NCBI GenBank assembly: GCA_028534125.1
Contig: CM052817.1
Span: forward strand, 101,496,001 to 101,560,000
DNA: 64,000 nucleotides
DNA from: Lama glama
Lineage: Eukaryota
Direction: 5' to 3'
The notes under the pieces were generated by a model. The model saw only the letters and a list, made by a program, of their open reading frames with translations, made no database searches and was not told the origin of the DNA. The stretch's first letter is position 1; each line of letters starts with the position of its first letter. Made by a program: the position numbers and the translations under genes. Of the stretch, positions 23,532 through 36,200 are shown piece after piece.

Positions 23532-26500
23532 AAAAGGAGTTGCTTTGGAGGAAGAAGGGAAAAAGCTATTGTGGTTAGTAGCAAGCATTCTCTTTGTCAC
23601 ATTAAGCTTTTACTTACCATTACGTTAGATCCCAAACTTTTGGAATATAAGATTTGTTTCAGTCCTTTGGGAGTTAACACAAAGGTCCATTGACATTAAC
23701 ATATACGTTGGTTGACTTAACAGATTATGATGTGTTCAACTCGGCATTAAACCGCAGAAGCTGTTAACATGGTGGAAATTCATTTAAATGAGTGCCACTG
23801 CAAAAGTTCGGTTTAACATTACTTTCGAAAAGATCTGCTGATAAGGAGAAAGTTGGAAAGTACTGAGACTGTCTTGCGAGGCTGGTGTGAGTCACCCATT
23901 ATCCTTTTGGTATGGAGACAATTTGTGCAGATTGCTTTGACTGTTAGAGGATGCTTACAACATTCGGTGTTTATAACTTGTTACTTGATCTGTCTGCCCT
24001 GGGAGTGCTGTGACTCGCTATCGTCACTCCTGGGAAATCTGCATCTTAGAATTTTCACATTATTCTCGTCTGTTAGGAAGATAACCGTGGGGTCCCTGAC
24101 CCTGTTCCTAGAGAGGAAATTTCTCGAAAGCCAGTTACTACAAAGGCTCATCTTGCAGGATGACCTCTTTTTCCGTCTTCCTGTGTTTATTTCTATTGAC
24201 CCAAATACTTTAGATTTATTTTTAGTTGGAAAAACTCAGAGATGGCTAAAGGTTAATCTTAAACTATATAAACTGTGCATTAAGACAAACACAGACTCAA
24301 TTTCAGTTTCTCACACATCCCTTGGAGTGTACTTTCTCACTTAGGCAATTTCTCAGGAACCCTTAACACTTAGCAAATGTTCATGTGATGTTTTCCATTG
24401 CTGTAACTTTCTTGTTCAATTAATTTTTTTCCTTATTCATTTTTAGAATGCAAGGGAATTTTCATGTTTCAGGGAGTTGGTTATTATTCCTTCTTGGCCT
24501 TGGAGCATAACATAGCTTTTTAAAAATTTTTTTAATTTTTAAAAATTTTACTGAGTTACACTCAGTTTACAATGTTGTTGACACAGGTTTTTAAACATAA
24601 ACTAGGACAGGATTAACCATGTTAGATAGGCTAGAATGGAGTACGTTAAGTAGCACAAGTGAACAGCTGTTTAAAATACAGCAGAATGAGTGGATTCTTT
24701 CTCTGAGTCACTGTCATTTTCAAATTCAGGCATTATTTATGCTAAATTCTGTTTAAAGCAAGTACTAGGATAGAGCTTTGAAAGATCTGTTAAGATAGAT
24801 GTTGGTTAAACCAGACAATTAAATAGTTAAGAAAAAATGTTAGGTGTATGTTAAATTAATGCCTGAATTCAGTTTTGTGGCCAGAGCCAGGACAAGGAGT
24901 CAGGGCATCTGGGTCCTGTAGGTTGCCAGTGATGTGATTTGGGCACTTGACTTCTGAGTTTATTTCACCAGGAGCGAAATAAGGCTAATGTCCACCTTGC
25001 CAGCCTCATTGCAAGAATTTAATATGATGCAGTTTGGTTATGAAAGTGATTTGAAAATGATTGATGAGTCATGGAGTGTAAGGTTATGTTATGGAAGAGT
25101 CCCAGCTGAGACGAGAAGCAAGTCTTTAAATTAATGAAGAAGAACAGAAAACTCGCTGCTTTTCATTAAATATTGTTTTCTCTATATATATTGAAGTCTT
25201 TGCTTTTAAGATATAATTAAATCTAAATGTGTTGATTCTTTGTGTTGTATCCGAAGAGTTGTAATAGAAATTTTCTTATAGGTCATTTTTTTTTTCATCA
25301 TCCCATTGAACTAGCAAAATATTATGATTCCTTTAACTAGGTTATCAGATTGTCTTCTACCAAAAGGCTTTTTGTACAAATGAATGACATTTAGGGCATA
25401 TGAAACACGGAATCCTTGACTTTGTGCCTCTTCATTGCTTTTACCGCTGACAGCATGCCTTTATGGGGGTGGATGTACTCACTGGAATCTCAGCTTGTTT
25501 TTCCAGAGTGAGCAGCCTTGCTGAGCAGTGACAGAGGTTTGGGTTCTGGGGTGGGGGGCCCATGGGAGGATAGGTTAGGGTTGGCTAGGTGCACACTGTA
25601 GGAGTGGAGAGCAAGTGTCAGGGGACCTCGGTGGGAGGGTCAAAGCAGCTTATGTGTATTTTTGACCATAAATAGTTGCAGCGTAATACTTCCCTGTAAT
25701 GAACTCCAAAGCTGTAAATTCATTTTTTTTAATATATTTGTGTGTCCCTTGAATGAGAATTTGAAAGCACACTATGTCCTGAGGAGGAAAAGAAAGAGCA
25801 TTAAGTCATAGTCTCAGCATTCAAGTTCTCATTCTGTTTGGGACTTGAGTTGTAAGCCCACGGCACATCAGTGGTGTGAGATAGTGCTGTAATTTTATTG
25901 CCTGGCAAGAATGTCTTATGCCACTAAAAGGAGATGGGCAATAAAATAATAAGGATTCAGGAAAATGGAGTTAATCTGGGGACAGAATGGTAGGAGAGAG
26001 ACTCATGAAGTAAGCAAGAGAGGACTCTAGAGGAATGAGGGACATCAAATTGGAAGTGAATAGGGCAGACCCAGGGTTCTGCCAGGGCACTGCTGACCAA
26101 AGCAGAGGGCTTTTTTTGTTGGTGGCAAACAGATCTCGTGGATAGGTACCAGATTTTGATAGCTTGAATTCTTGTGTGAGCAATTAAACTTTCTCACGAA
26201 TTAAAAAGGATCACAAGCTAGCCCTGTTCTTTCTTTCTGTAACATTTGATGTGTGACACAGTTGAATTAAGTCAGCCAAGTATTGCGCTCCAAGGTGAAT
26301 ATGGACACTTGAGGCAGAAAGCCCTGTCTTCCCCTAAGGGAATCAGCTGAATCATACGAATCAGCTGAATTTTGACTCTAAATGGTTCTAGTTCTGTAGC
26401 AATTATACTTCAACACTCATCCATCCAGGAGGGAAGCACCTCACCCCCACCTTTCTTGTCTGTCCTCTGAGTTCTGTTCAGTTTGATCTGCTATGAAGGT

Positions 26501-26689
26501 GAATCTGCCTCCTAAATTCCTGAACTCTTCTTTGATCTCTGAGCTGGTCATAAGGGAGGCTGGATGTGCTCCTTCTCTGTCTCACTCCCCCCAAAAAGTG
26601 CTTGAGCACGGAAGAAAAAAAAAGGATGAGAGAGAAAGTGAAGAAGAAGATGGTTGCAAAGAAACAACTTATGTATAATTGGGCAACAA

Positions 26690-27240
26690 AGGAGAAAGAC
26701 AAAACTGTGCAGTTGTACTGATATTTAAAGTCCAAAAACTTTCTGAAGATAAAAAGGAGACTTGAATCTATCTTAAATCTATAAATTGGAAGAGCCTATC
26801 AAGTATCTGGGGAAATTAACCCAAAAAGACCTATGTGGAGATATATTCTCAAAAAAGCATTAGACTTTGAAGAAAAGGAAGAAAAAATTCTCAAGGACTC
26901 CTTGTGAAAAGATGGAGTAACATACGAGGGCAACAAGGGTTTGATGATCATCACACTTCTCAAAATAACATACAAAGCAAGGCCACAGTGGAACAGGATT
27001 AGCAGAAGATGTTAAAGTGACAACCATGGATACATGATGCTTCAAATGTCATAGAAAATAGTTCAGTTTTAAAGATACACAACCTCAGGGAATTCTGCAC
27101 CTTTGAGCCCTTGTTGAGGAATTTGTGAGAGAATGCACTTCAGTTAGCCAAGAAGTGACTGGGGGAACTTCAACAAGGTGACCGAGGGCAAGCATTGCAT
27201 ATTTTGTTTGCAGATCTAAGACTAACGTGGGGGGAGAGAC
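26690..27240 (+). mobile_element. HAL1/L1ME ORF1-like region (degenerate)
   Basis: A-rich 'gacttgaatct..ttggaagagcctatcaagtatctggggaaattaacccaaaaagacc..gactttgaagaaaaggaagaaaaaattctc'. Confidence 0.55.
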
Positions 27241-27301
27241 CAGGATGGGAGAGAAGAAACCGTCCCTGTAATCTTATGGGAAGCTCTTGGAGGTGGTTTT
27301 C

Positions 27302-27670
27302 TGTCTCAGTGTGGGTTCCTTAGAAGCTGATGCTAAGACAGAGTTTGGTGTTGGGATATTTCTGAAGGATTAATGCCTGTGGAAGGGAGGGGGCAGAAGC
27401 AAGATGGGGCAGAGGGAGAGGTCAGCTGTGTCCAGGTCTGCAGAGCCTTGGCCAGCACCCCAGGGAGCTCTGCAGGGAGCTTTGGAGTGTTTATGGCCCA
27501 TCAGAGCTGTCCAGTCTTGAGCTGGAATGGCTGGGCTCTTGCACCCTGTCTTCATCCACCCCTGGGAGTGGACTGCCCTTTGAAGGACACGTTTTTGAGT
27601 GCGTGGCCGAGGAAGACCCTGCAGGAGCTGGCCGCTGGAGGCTGTCCGCCCACCACTCTCTGCACCACCA
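27302..27670 (-). mobile_element. ERVL-class LTR (LTR16/LTR33-like)
   Basis: 'tgtctcagtgtgggttccttagaagctgatgctaagacagagtttgg' is typical of the reverse ERVL LTR end. Confidence 0.6.
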
Positions 27671-29177
27671 CTAGCTCGACTCAGTGCCGACCATACTTTT
27701 CCTTTTGGAGAGGCCTGTGGTCAATGTGATAATTTAGACCATTGCGGTAGACCTCTGTTCTCTGGTGAGTTCCCAGAATCTTCTGAACCTCCTCTCCACA
27801 TTTGGAGAGCTCTCTCTCTTGTGAATCCCGACTTTCCACAGAGAATACACAACAAAACCCCCAAACATACAGACCTCTCACCCTTTTATTACCAGCCTCT
27901 CTGGCTGTTCGGGGGCAGACATATGACTTCAGATCTGCCAGTTTGAGTGTGATCCCCGAGCAAGACTTGGATTCGGAAGTGAAATGTGAAAAAACAGGCC
28001 AGGCTGGAAATACCCATTCTGAGGGTGGGGTGGCTTCCAAGGCAGTTTTCTGATCACAGGAGAGCTGGGCGGTTCCGGCTGGCTACCAGCCGCTCCTTTG
28101 TGAGGTGACTTCTGTAATGTGATTTCGCCTAAATCCTAGGACTGGGTCATAATCGAGTTCCCGGTTGCAATAAATGCCTGGAAAACCTGTAGAATGGATT
28201 CTGTCACAGGCAACTAAGAACCTGACACAGGCATAGAATGGATTGTGGGGGAAACAGCCTGGGGGCAGGGAGATTATAAAAGACACTGAGTGTAGTACAG
28301 GTGGGAACCGGTGAAGGCTTGAACTAGGAAGGACTTAGTGGAGGAGCATAAGGGTGGGTTCAAGGAGAGTATGGAAGAAGGAATGCATTGCATTTCGTGT
28401 TGGTTAGAATAAGGAAATGAAGGGAGAAAAGTCAGGCAGCATTCAGTGTTTCCTCTGGGGGGATGGATTTGGGTGTGACAGGAATGTTTGGGTATATGTG
28501 GATGATAGGGAGACAGACATGCTTCTCAATTTTTACCCTCCCATGTGTTGGGTTTCTTATATGCTTATAATATTTTCATGATTTTCAAAAAGATAGTTCT
28601 GAGGTTTGAGCCAGGAGGGTCGGAAAAATTGGGGTGTCCAGATATCATATTTTGCTATGTGCATTATACCTGTTTGAACATGTTATTGTTCCTAGTCTGA
28701 GAAGTCACAAGCAGTCAAATGAGGGAAGGCGGCATAAAGTTAGAAAATTAGGTAGCTTTTACATTTGAATCCTAAGTTCAGAACTTGAGCACAGTTATTC
28801 TGAGTTTCGGCTGTGTAGCAAACGATGTGCTAGGTTCCGTAAATGTTTTCTCATTTAGTGCTTTCTTCTCACCTCTGTATTGTAAGTAATGTCATTCACT
28901 AAATAAACTCCTGGTATACATTGATTAAAGATGTATCTCATAGGTTTCCTTGAATTGAGGGATGTGATTTAGTGTTTGCTTTAAACGGCTTCCTTTAAAT
29001 AAAAAAAGATGGTACATTTTTATCTGTGTAGAACTCTTGTCACTATAATGCTTTTTAAATTATTAATAATATATCTTAAAAATGAAAATAGTTTAACCTT
29101 GGGTTAATCTACAAGTCAGGAATATACATCACCCTTCCACAATTAACAATGAATTTTAATATTTACATATTAATTAG

Positions 29178-29290
29178 TTTAGTGATTCTCAACCCTGGCC
29201 ACACTTTAGAATCACCTGGGGAGTTAAAAAAAATAACAACAAAAAACTGGTGCTACTGGCCCCACCCTAAAGTAATTGAATCAGAATATG
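29178..29290. mobile_element. MER5-like MITE fragment
   Basis: 'agtgattctcaaccctggccacactttagaatcacctggggagttaaaaaaa..ggccccaccc..tgaatcagaat'. Confidence 0.7.
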
Positions 29291-29559
29291 GGCAGCCAAA
29301 GTTGACACTGCTGCATCAGGATTGCTTTTGTAATAGCCCAGCGGCTGCTTTCATGGTGCCCTGGTTTTGATCTTGCTCCCTGGAATATGATCTGTCAGGA
29401 AGAGGACGACAATGTTCATTTTGCAGAAGGCTAAATTTTCATTTTCAGATGAAAGCACGTCTGATGATGTGAACGGGTATGAAACACTCATCCCTATGTT
29501 ATAATTTTGATACCTGACTCTCATTTGTCAAAGAATATGTGTATGAGACAGCCCAAATA

Positions 29560-30134
29560 TTCTTTTAAGTTAAACTCTTTTATTGAAGTATAGTCAGTTA
29601 TAATGTGTCAGTTTCTAATGTACCACGTAATGTCCCAGTCATGTATAATTATACCTATCTTCATTTTCATATTCCTTTGCATTAAAGGTTATTACAAGAT
29701 ACTGAATACAGTTCCCTGTGCTATACAGAAGAGATTTGTTTTTTATTTATTTTTATATATAGTGATTAACATTTGCAAATCTCAAACTCCCAAATTTATC
29801 CCTACCCACCCCCCTTTCCCCTGGTAACCATAAGATTGTTTATAATGTCTGCGAGTCTGTTTTTGTTTTGTAGATGAGTTCGTTAGTGTCCTCTTTTTTT
29901 CTTCTTCTTCTTCTTTTTTTTTTTAGATTCCACATATGAGTGATATCATATGGTATTTTTCTTTCTCTTTCTGGCTTACTTCACTTAGAATGACAATCTC
30001 CAGGTCCATCCATGTTGCTGCAAATGGCATTATTTTATTTTTTATGGCTGAGTAGTATTCCATTGTATAAATACACTGCAGCTTCTTTATCCAATCATCT
30101 GTTGATGGACATTTAGGTTGCTTCCATGTCTTGA
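29560..30134 (-). mobile_element. L1 3' end (young, lineage-type), 5'-truncated
   Basis: ORF2 relic KTWKQPKCPSTDDWIKK..MEYYSAIK; TSD agacagccca at 29546-29555 and 30135-30144. Confidence 0.92.
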
Positions 30135-30539
30135 AGACAGCCCACAATTGAATCAGATTTTGGATAGTTTTCTATTTTTTCAGTCTTTGTCCTGTTTTTC
30201 CCTATCATCCCTGTCTGGTTTTGAATTTAAGGTCTATCCACGCAGGAGTCTTAGAGCCTTCAGATCAAGAGGATGCACACCTGGGGCAACTTTGAAGCCT
30301 TTCTGAGGGACCTGTAATACAAAGGGAATCAATTTCAGGTTCTTAGATCTTGGGTGTTATCAGTCCGAATATTGACCTGCCCCAGGAAATGCCTGTGGCC
30401 CAGGTGGCCTGCTGACTCTCCTTGTAAAATTACCACTCTTTACAGGGAAGGCACACCTCTCATCTACCCCTGGTCATCAGGGTGCCAAGAAAAGAGATAA
30501 TTAAAAAACTGGTGTGGCTGCTGAGACAGGGAATGACTC

Positions 30540-31580
30540 AAAGGACTAGGTAAACGGTCCTTTGCAAATGAATTTCCCATTCTTTACTTGCAGTAAAATT
30601 GAAAGAAGACTTCATTGAGTGGTCAACTGAGAGATTATGAAATATTATTTTAAATTATTTATTAAATAATTAATATTTATGATATTAAGTTATCAAATAA
30701 TGAATATTTATTATATTAAATAGTAATTAAATATTATTATTCTTTGCTAGAAAAATCTTCTATTTCCATCCACCTGTTTATGTGAGCACATTTTCTCAGT
30801 GCCTACATCTATAAGAACTAAACATAATAATAGCTTTCATGTGGAATCTTGTCTTATTCCAGTAATAAGTAATAATCTTCAACAAGGAATGACTAATGGG
30901 AGGGAAAGGACCGTCCATGTCATTAAGATATACGTTTCCAGTAAAATTTTACTTAGAATACTTTATAATATTTCTTTGGTCAGTTTTGTTTTTATGATAC
31001 TATTATATTTATTATTATTGTTATTTTTAATGGAGGCACTGGGAACTGAACCCAGGACCTCATGCAAGCTAAACATGTGTTCTACCACTGAGCTATACCC
31101 TCCCCCCCATCTAATTGTATTTAATTCAATTTAGAAGAAACTTTTAACACTGATTTTAATGGTTAAATCCATAAATCTCAATTTGTTTACAGATTTTTGA
31201 GGTATGATGGATTTGCAAGCATAGGAGGCTGTTAGGATGGGATCCTGTGCGGAGAGTGGAATGGAAAGATGAAGTCAAGAAGAAAGGGAAATGATGTACA
31301 ATTTCCAACTCTTAAGGAGTTTATTCATGTATTTTTTTAAAATGAAGGTTGGTGTGTGGGAAATGGCGATGGAACTTAAACTAGAATAGATATGTTTAAA
31401 AGCGATATAATAAATAATTTTATTTAAAAATCATTGTTTACAATATGCCAGAAATCATAGGCTTTGCAACCATTTAAAATTACAGTGTGAGATTTTGCAT
31501 GTTAACTTAAAAATGCATGGAGTACATAGTTTTTCCAAATCCGCTTTTGGATTATGCGGACAGAAATGTGAAGGCCTGTT
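30540..31580 (+). mobile_element. hAT-Charlie transposon fossil with transposase C-terminal dimerization domain
   Basis: The frame from ~30757 reads LLFPSTCLCEHIFSVPTSIRTKHNNSFHVE, matching the hAT motif LPFxSTYLCExxFSxxxxxKTKxRNRL. Charlie-like 3' end 'gtacatagtttttccaaat..tgaaggcctg'. Interrupted by an AT-rich tract and a SINE. Confidence 0.75.
31000..31108 (-). mobile_element. Camelid tRNA-SINE inserted in the Charlie element
   Basis: 'tggaggcactgggaactgaacccaggacctc..tctaccactgagctataccctcccc'. Confidence 0.9.
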
Positions 31581-33464
31581 GTGGGGGCGGGGATGGGGAG
31601 GAAGACAGGGTCATTTACTTTTTTTCCTTCATTAAAATAGCTGGAAGGATGATACACTTGGATATTTTTAAGCCTCTCAGCAATATTTGAACAAAAAAAG
31701 GATAGCTGCCAAATTTTATTATGGTGTCCAAAAATGCACACCCTTTTTTTTTTTTTCCTAAGATGACTTAACTTTTCCAGGCCCATTCTGTCTGAGCCTT
31801 TGTCGATAACATTCCTGTCATCTCCCTGTCTTCTGCCTTCCTCCTGCGCTCTTCCGTTTGAGATACGCAGGCCCGTTTGTGTTATCAGTAGACGGTGGTT
31901 GGGTTTTAACTCACCAGTTTGTCCTCCTCAGCTATGCCTTTATCTTTTGCTAATTTTCATTTTTATCTGCTGGTTTTAGTTACCAAGGAGTCTAGAGAGA
32001 TTGGGAATGCCCGGAGAAGTAGATGGAGCCCTAGAGAAAGGCAGGATACACATGGTCGCCTGCTATTGCCAGCAAGCTGTTTGAGTTTACAGATCCTTTC
32101 TGTCCTGGGAGCGCACGGTGGGGCGGGGTCGGGGGTGGGGAGCTGGTGTCTGTCTTTCTTGCTGCCTTCACCTGAGCACGTTTATGCCCTTAGTGGAGGA
32201 AACTGTGAGATCTGACTACAGAAAACTTATTTCTGTTGCTTCTGGGTCTCCTCTGGGTAGGATAGGACCTCTCCTCTATCAGTTTTGAGTTGATAGTTTT
32301 GAAAAGATATACTAACCAAAATATATTTAGCAAATGAGTAAACTGAAGATCGGAAAAGGGCAGAAAGAGTTCAGTTTGGATTTTACACTTGGTGAGCAGA
32401 TTAGGTCTTGCGAGGACAGGACAGGGATCCTTGTTTTCTTGTTGATTCTCTGAGCTCCAGCACGGAGGTTTCAGAGCAGTGCAGAAGCTGCCACGACACA
32501 GAAACATTTAATAAGAAATGTAACACTTGTGAACTTGGGCTCCGTTCAAACATGCCTTCCTGCTTCATTCTAGCTGCTGTATTAATGGGTGCATTTCCCA
32601 TCTGGTTGGTAGCCAGTGTCTTTGTGTTGGCACTTGGAGAAGAGGAAAGGGCACACAGATGATATATTTGATTGTTGCGTGGTTTAAATGTCAGCACATT
32701 AAGATGTGCCCTTGTGAAAATGAATATGGCCCTTATAGATTTTAGCTGAAATTACCTCCGTGTTATATCATGCTAATACTTGCTAAGAATCATGCTAAAA
32801 ACTTTCAACTTTTGACTTATTTTTTTTTTTTGTGCCTGGTGAGATTTAGGGCATGGTTGGGATTATAATGAAATTTATTAAATGCAAAACACTTACCGAT
32901 TTTTTTAAGATGTCAAGTCCCAGATAAGTCTCGCTCTCCCTGTCTCTCTCTCTCTTTTTTTTTCCCTCTTACTCTTACGGATTTTAAGTGATGCCTTTGA
33001 GCCACTGTTTTTTCAGGTACCACAGTTCTCCCTCAGGTGTGGCCTGGCACAGACTTTGGAAACAGAAACCTGGGTTTGAGACCTGGTTCAGCCCCTCACC
33101 CTGGGAAGGCTTGGTCAAGCAAACCCCTGCAAGCCTTGATTTCACTTCTGTAAAGCAGACTAATGTCCGTTTGCCACAGCTGCTGGGAAGGTTTAGTGCA
33201 CGTGCACATGAAGCTCGTGGTGTGGGCTCCACCCAGTAGCAAACACTCCCCGACAGGACGGGAGGCTGTCGTCAAGCAAGTGCCTCGTGACTCTAGCACC
33301 TCAATGGCTTTGCCCTGGGCCAGTTTGTCTCAGCTCCTGTGATGCTTAAACAATGAGAAACGAGTCAAGAATGTGTAGTGAGTGACGTAAGTAGGAGGAC
33401 ATGTTTCCGTTTTCAAAATGGAAATCATTTTTTCATTTAAATGCTTAAGAGATCGTAAAGCTAG

Positions 33465-33650
33465 TTTTTGAGTGCCTGCTTTGTGCTCGACACTTTAAAG
33501 CCCTTTACAAATGGAATCTCATTCAATCCTCCGGAAAAACTGTGAGCTGGATACCATTAAGGTGGGTGGAATTACGATCCCCATTTTATAATAGGAAACT
33601 AAAGTTACAGTTAATACTCACTCAAGCTTGCTCAGCTGGGAGGTGTAATG
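33465..33650 (-). mobile_element. MIR
   Basis: 'tgagtgcctgctttgtgc..atctcattcaatcctc..atccccattttata..ggaaactaaag'. Confidence 0.65.
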
Positions 33651-33739
33651 CCTGTTAATTTTTTTTAAGAAAATACCGTAAAATATAAAGAAGAAAATTT
33701 AAGCCACCTTTACGGAAAGAGTTACTGTATTTTAAAAAA

Positions 33740-34720
33740 CAGCAGCTTTATTGAGATTTAATTCACAGTTCACACAATCCAACATGCATGCACCCTGTGT
33801 AGGTGCCCAGTCCAGTGGTTTTTAGTATATTAGCAGCTGTGTAGTCATCACCACCATCTAATTTTACTTTTATTATTTTATTTTTATTTTTATTTTTTAA
33901 ACTTTTTTTTAATGAGTTATAGTCATTTTACACCACCATCTAATTTTAGAACATTTTCGTCACCCTCAGAAGAAACCTCACACCCATTTGCAGTCACTTC
34001 CCATCCTTTCACTCCAGTCGCTGACAACCACCAGTTTACTTTCTGTCTCTCTGGGCTTGTCTGCTCTGAATATTTTATATAAAGGGAATCATGCAATATG
34101 TGGTCAGTCTTTTGCGACTGGCTCCTTTCATTTGACATAATGTTTTCAAAGTTTACCACATGGTAGCATGCATCAGTATTTCCTTCCTTTGTATTACCAA
34201 ATAATGTGCCCTTGTGTGGATATACCACATGTCTATCCATTCATCAATCTCTGTACTTTTGAGATGTTTCCATTTTGGGGCTGTTATGAATAATGCTGCT
34301 GTGAACATCGGTGTGCAGGTTTTTGTGTGGACATATGTTTTTAATTCTGTTATGGATATATATCTCAGTGTGGATTTGCTGGTTCCTATGGTAACTCGAT
34401 GTGCAACATTTTGAGGAACTGCTGAGCTGTTTTCCAAAGTGTCTGGACCATTTTATATTCCGACCAGCAGTGAATGAGAGTTCAGATTTCTTTACACCCT
34501 CATCAGCACTTACTAGCTGACTTTTTGATTATAGCTGTGCTAGTGGGTATGAAGTATCTCATTGTGGTTTGGATTTGCATTTCTTTAATGACTAGTCATG
34601 TTGAGCATCTTTTTATGTGCTTATTGGCCACCTGTATGTATTCTTTGGAGAAATGGCTATTCAGTTCCTTTGTCCATTTTTAATTGGGTTAATTGTATCT
34701 GTTGTTGAGTTGTATACTGA
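33740..34720 (-). mobile_element. Old L1 (L1MB-like) 3' region
   Basis: ORF2 relic ELKTYVHTKTCTPMFTAALFITAPKWK; 'cagctttattgagatttaattcaca' 3' end. Confidence 0.9.
33867..33930 (-). mobile_element. Ultra-short L1 3' tip nested in the older L1
   Basis: 18-bp TSD caccaccatctaatttta at 33849-33866 and 33931-33948. Confidence 0.85.
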
Positions 34721-34787
34721 AAGTTTTTAATGTATCCTACCAGAACTTTTTTCTGTTAAATAGTGTATTGTTTTTACTGTACATTTT

Positions 34788-34963
34788 AATTTTTTTAATT
34801 AAAAAATTTTATTGAAGTACAGTCAGTTATAATGTGTCAGTTTCTGGTGTGCAGCACAATGTCCCAGTCATGCATATACATACATATATTCATTTTCATG
34901 TTTTTTTCATTAAAAGTTATTACAAGATATTGAACATAGCTCCCTTTGCTATACAGAGGAAAC
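34788..34963 (-). mobile_element. Short young L1 3' end
   Basis: 'attgaagtacagtcagttataatgtgtcagtttctggtgtgcagcacaatgtcccag'; TSD tgtttttactgta(c/t)atttt. Confidence 0.9.
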
Positions 34964-35027
34964 TGTTTTTACTGTATATTTTTAAATAAGATTTTTTGAC
35001 ACATATAACCTTGTAACTTGATTTTTT

Positions 35028-35708
35028 CCCTTTTTTCCAGCTTTACTGAGATATAATTTGACATACATCACTGTGTAAGTTTAAGGTGTACAGTGTAGTG
35101 AGTTGACTTACATATATTGTGAAATGATTACTGCAAAAAGTTTAGTGAACATCCATGTTGAATTGATACAATAAAAAGAAAAAGCAAAACATGAAAAAAT
35201 TTTTTTCCTTGTGTTAAGAACTCTTAGGATTCACTCTCTCAACAACTTTTCTGTATATCCTACAGTAGCGCTAACTGTAGTCATCATGTTTTACATTACG
35301 TCCCTGGTACTTATTTATCTCATAACTGGAAGTTTATACCTTTTGACACTTGCCTCCAATTCCCCCTTCCTTCATCTGCCACCTCTGGTAACCACATGTC
35401 TGATCTCTTTTTCTGCAAGTTTTTGGTTTTTAGATTCAACACATAAATGAGATCATACACTATTTATCTTTCTCTGTCTGACTTATTTCACTTAGCACAA
35501 TGCCCTTAAGGTCCATCCATGTTGTTGCAAATGGCAGAATTTCGTTGTGTGTGTTTTTTTTAATGACTGAGTAATATCCAATTGTACATATATACCACAT
35601 CTTCTTTATCCATTCATCCATTCGTGGACACTTAGGCTGCTTCTGTGTCCTGGCTGTTGTAAATAATGCTGCTCTGAACACGGGGGTGCAGATATTTTTT
35701 TCAAGTTA
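35028..35708 (-). mobile_element. L1 (L1MA9-like) 3' end
   Basis: ORF2 relic QPKCPRMDEWIKKMWY..EILPFATTWMDL; TSD ttgta(a/g)cttg(a/g)ttttt. Confidence 0.9.
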
Positions 35709-35859
35709 TTGTAGCTTGGTTTTTAAACTTAATTTATTCTGACCATCGCTTCTCATGTTTGCTTTGTAGTACATTATATAAATGTTCCATAATTTAAAGT
35801 CTAATACTTTATGTGATTTATTTAAAAGGAAAAAAGAAAAAAAAAACCCTCATTTGCAT

Positions 35860-36200
35860 CTGCATCTTTGAACAGTTACTTCTTTAGGAAGCATTCCGAG
35901 AACTGGAATTACTGGGTCAAAAAGTGGGCATGTGTTAAAGCCTTTGAAAAATATTCCCAAATTGCCCTCCTGAAAGGTGGTTCTGAGTTTTAGTCTCATG
36001 CCAGGGTTTTAGGGCTGCTGTTTGCCCACAGACTTCCCAGCACTGAGCCACCAGCATTTTGTTAATCTTTGTAATTTCAATCTAAGAGCCCCAATTGGTG
36101 TTACGTACCCTTTTTTCACGTTCATTTATTAATGAAAGTGATTGATATTGTTTCCCACCACTGGACTTGTTTCCTGAGCCTGGAGATTTCCTCCCACGCC
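35860..36200 (-). mobile_element. L1ME fragment
   Basis: 'gaactggaattactgggtcaaaa..cccaaattgccctcctgaaaggtggt'. Confidence 0.6.

Noticed and set aside
29449..29476. Possible 28-nt exon (ttttcag|...CGG|gtatga)
   Set aside because: Not frame-preserving, no recognisable peptide, and such site pairs are common by chance.
30640..30745. Very AT-rich quasi-palindromic tract
   Set aside because: Low-complexity expansion within a transposon fossil; the symmetry is expected from composition.
31193..31201. Apparent 9-nt microexon (tttacag|ATTTTTGAG|gtatga)
   Set aside because: It lies inside the Charlie fossil, and a similar acceptor-like motif occurs in the paralogous copy near position 140.
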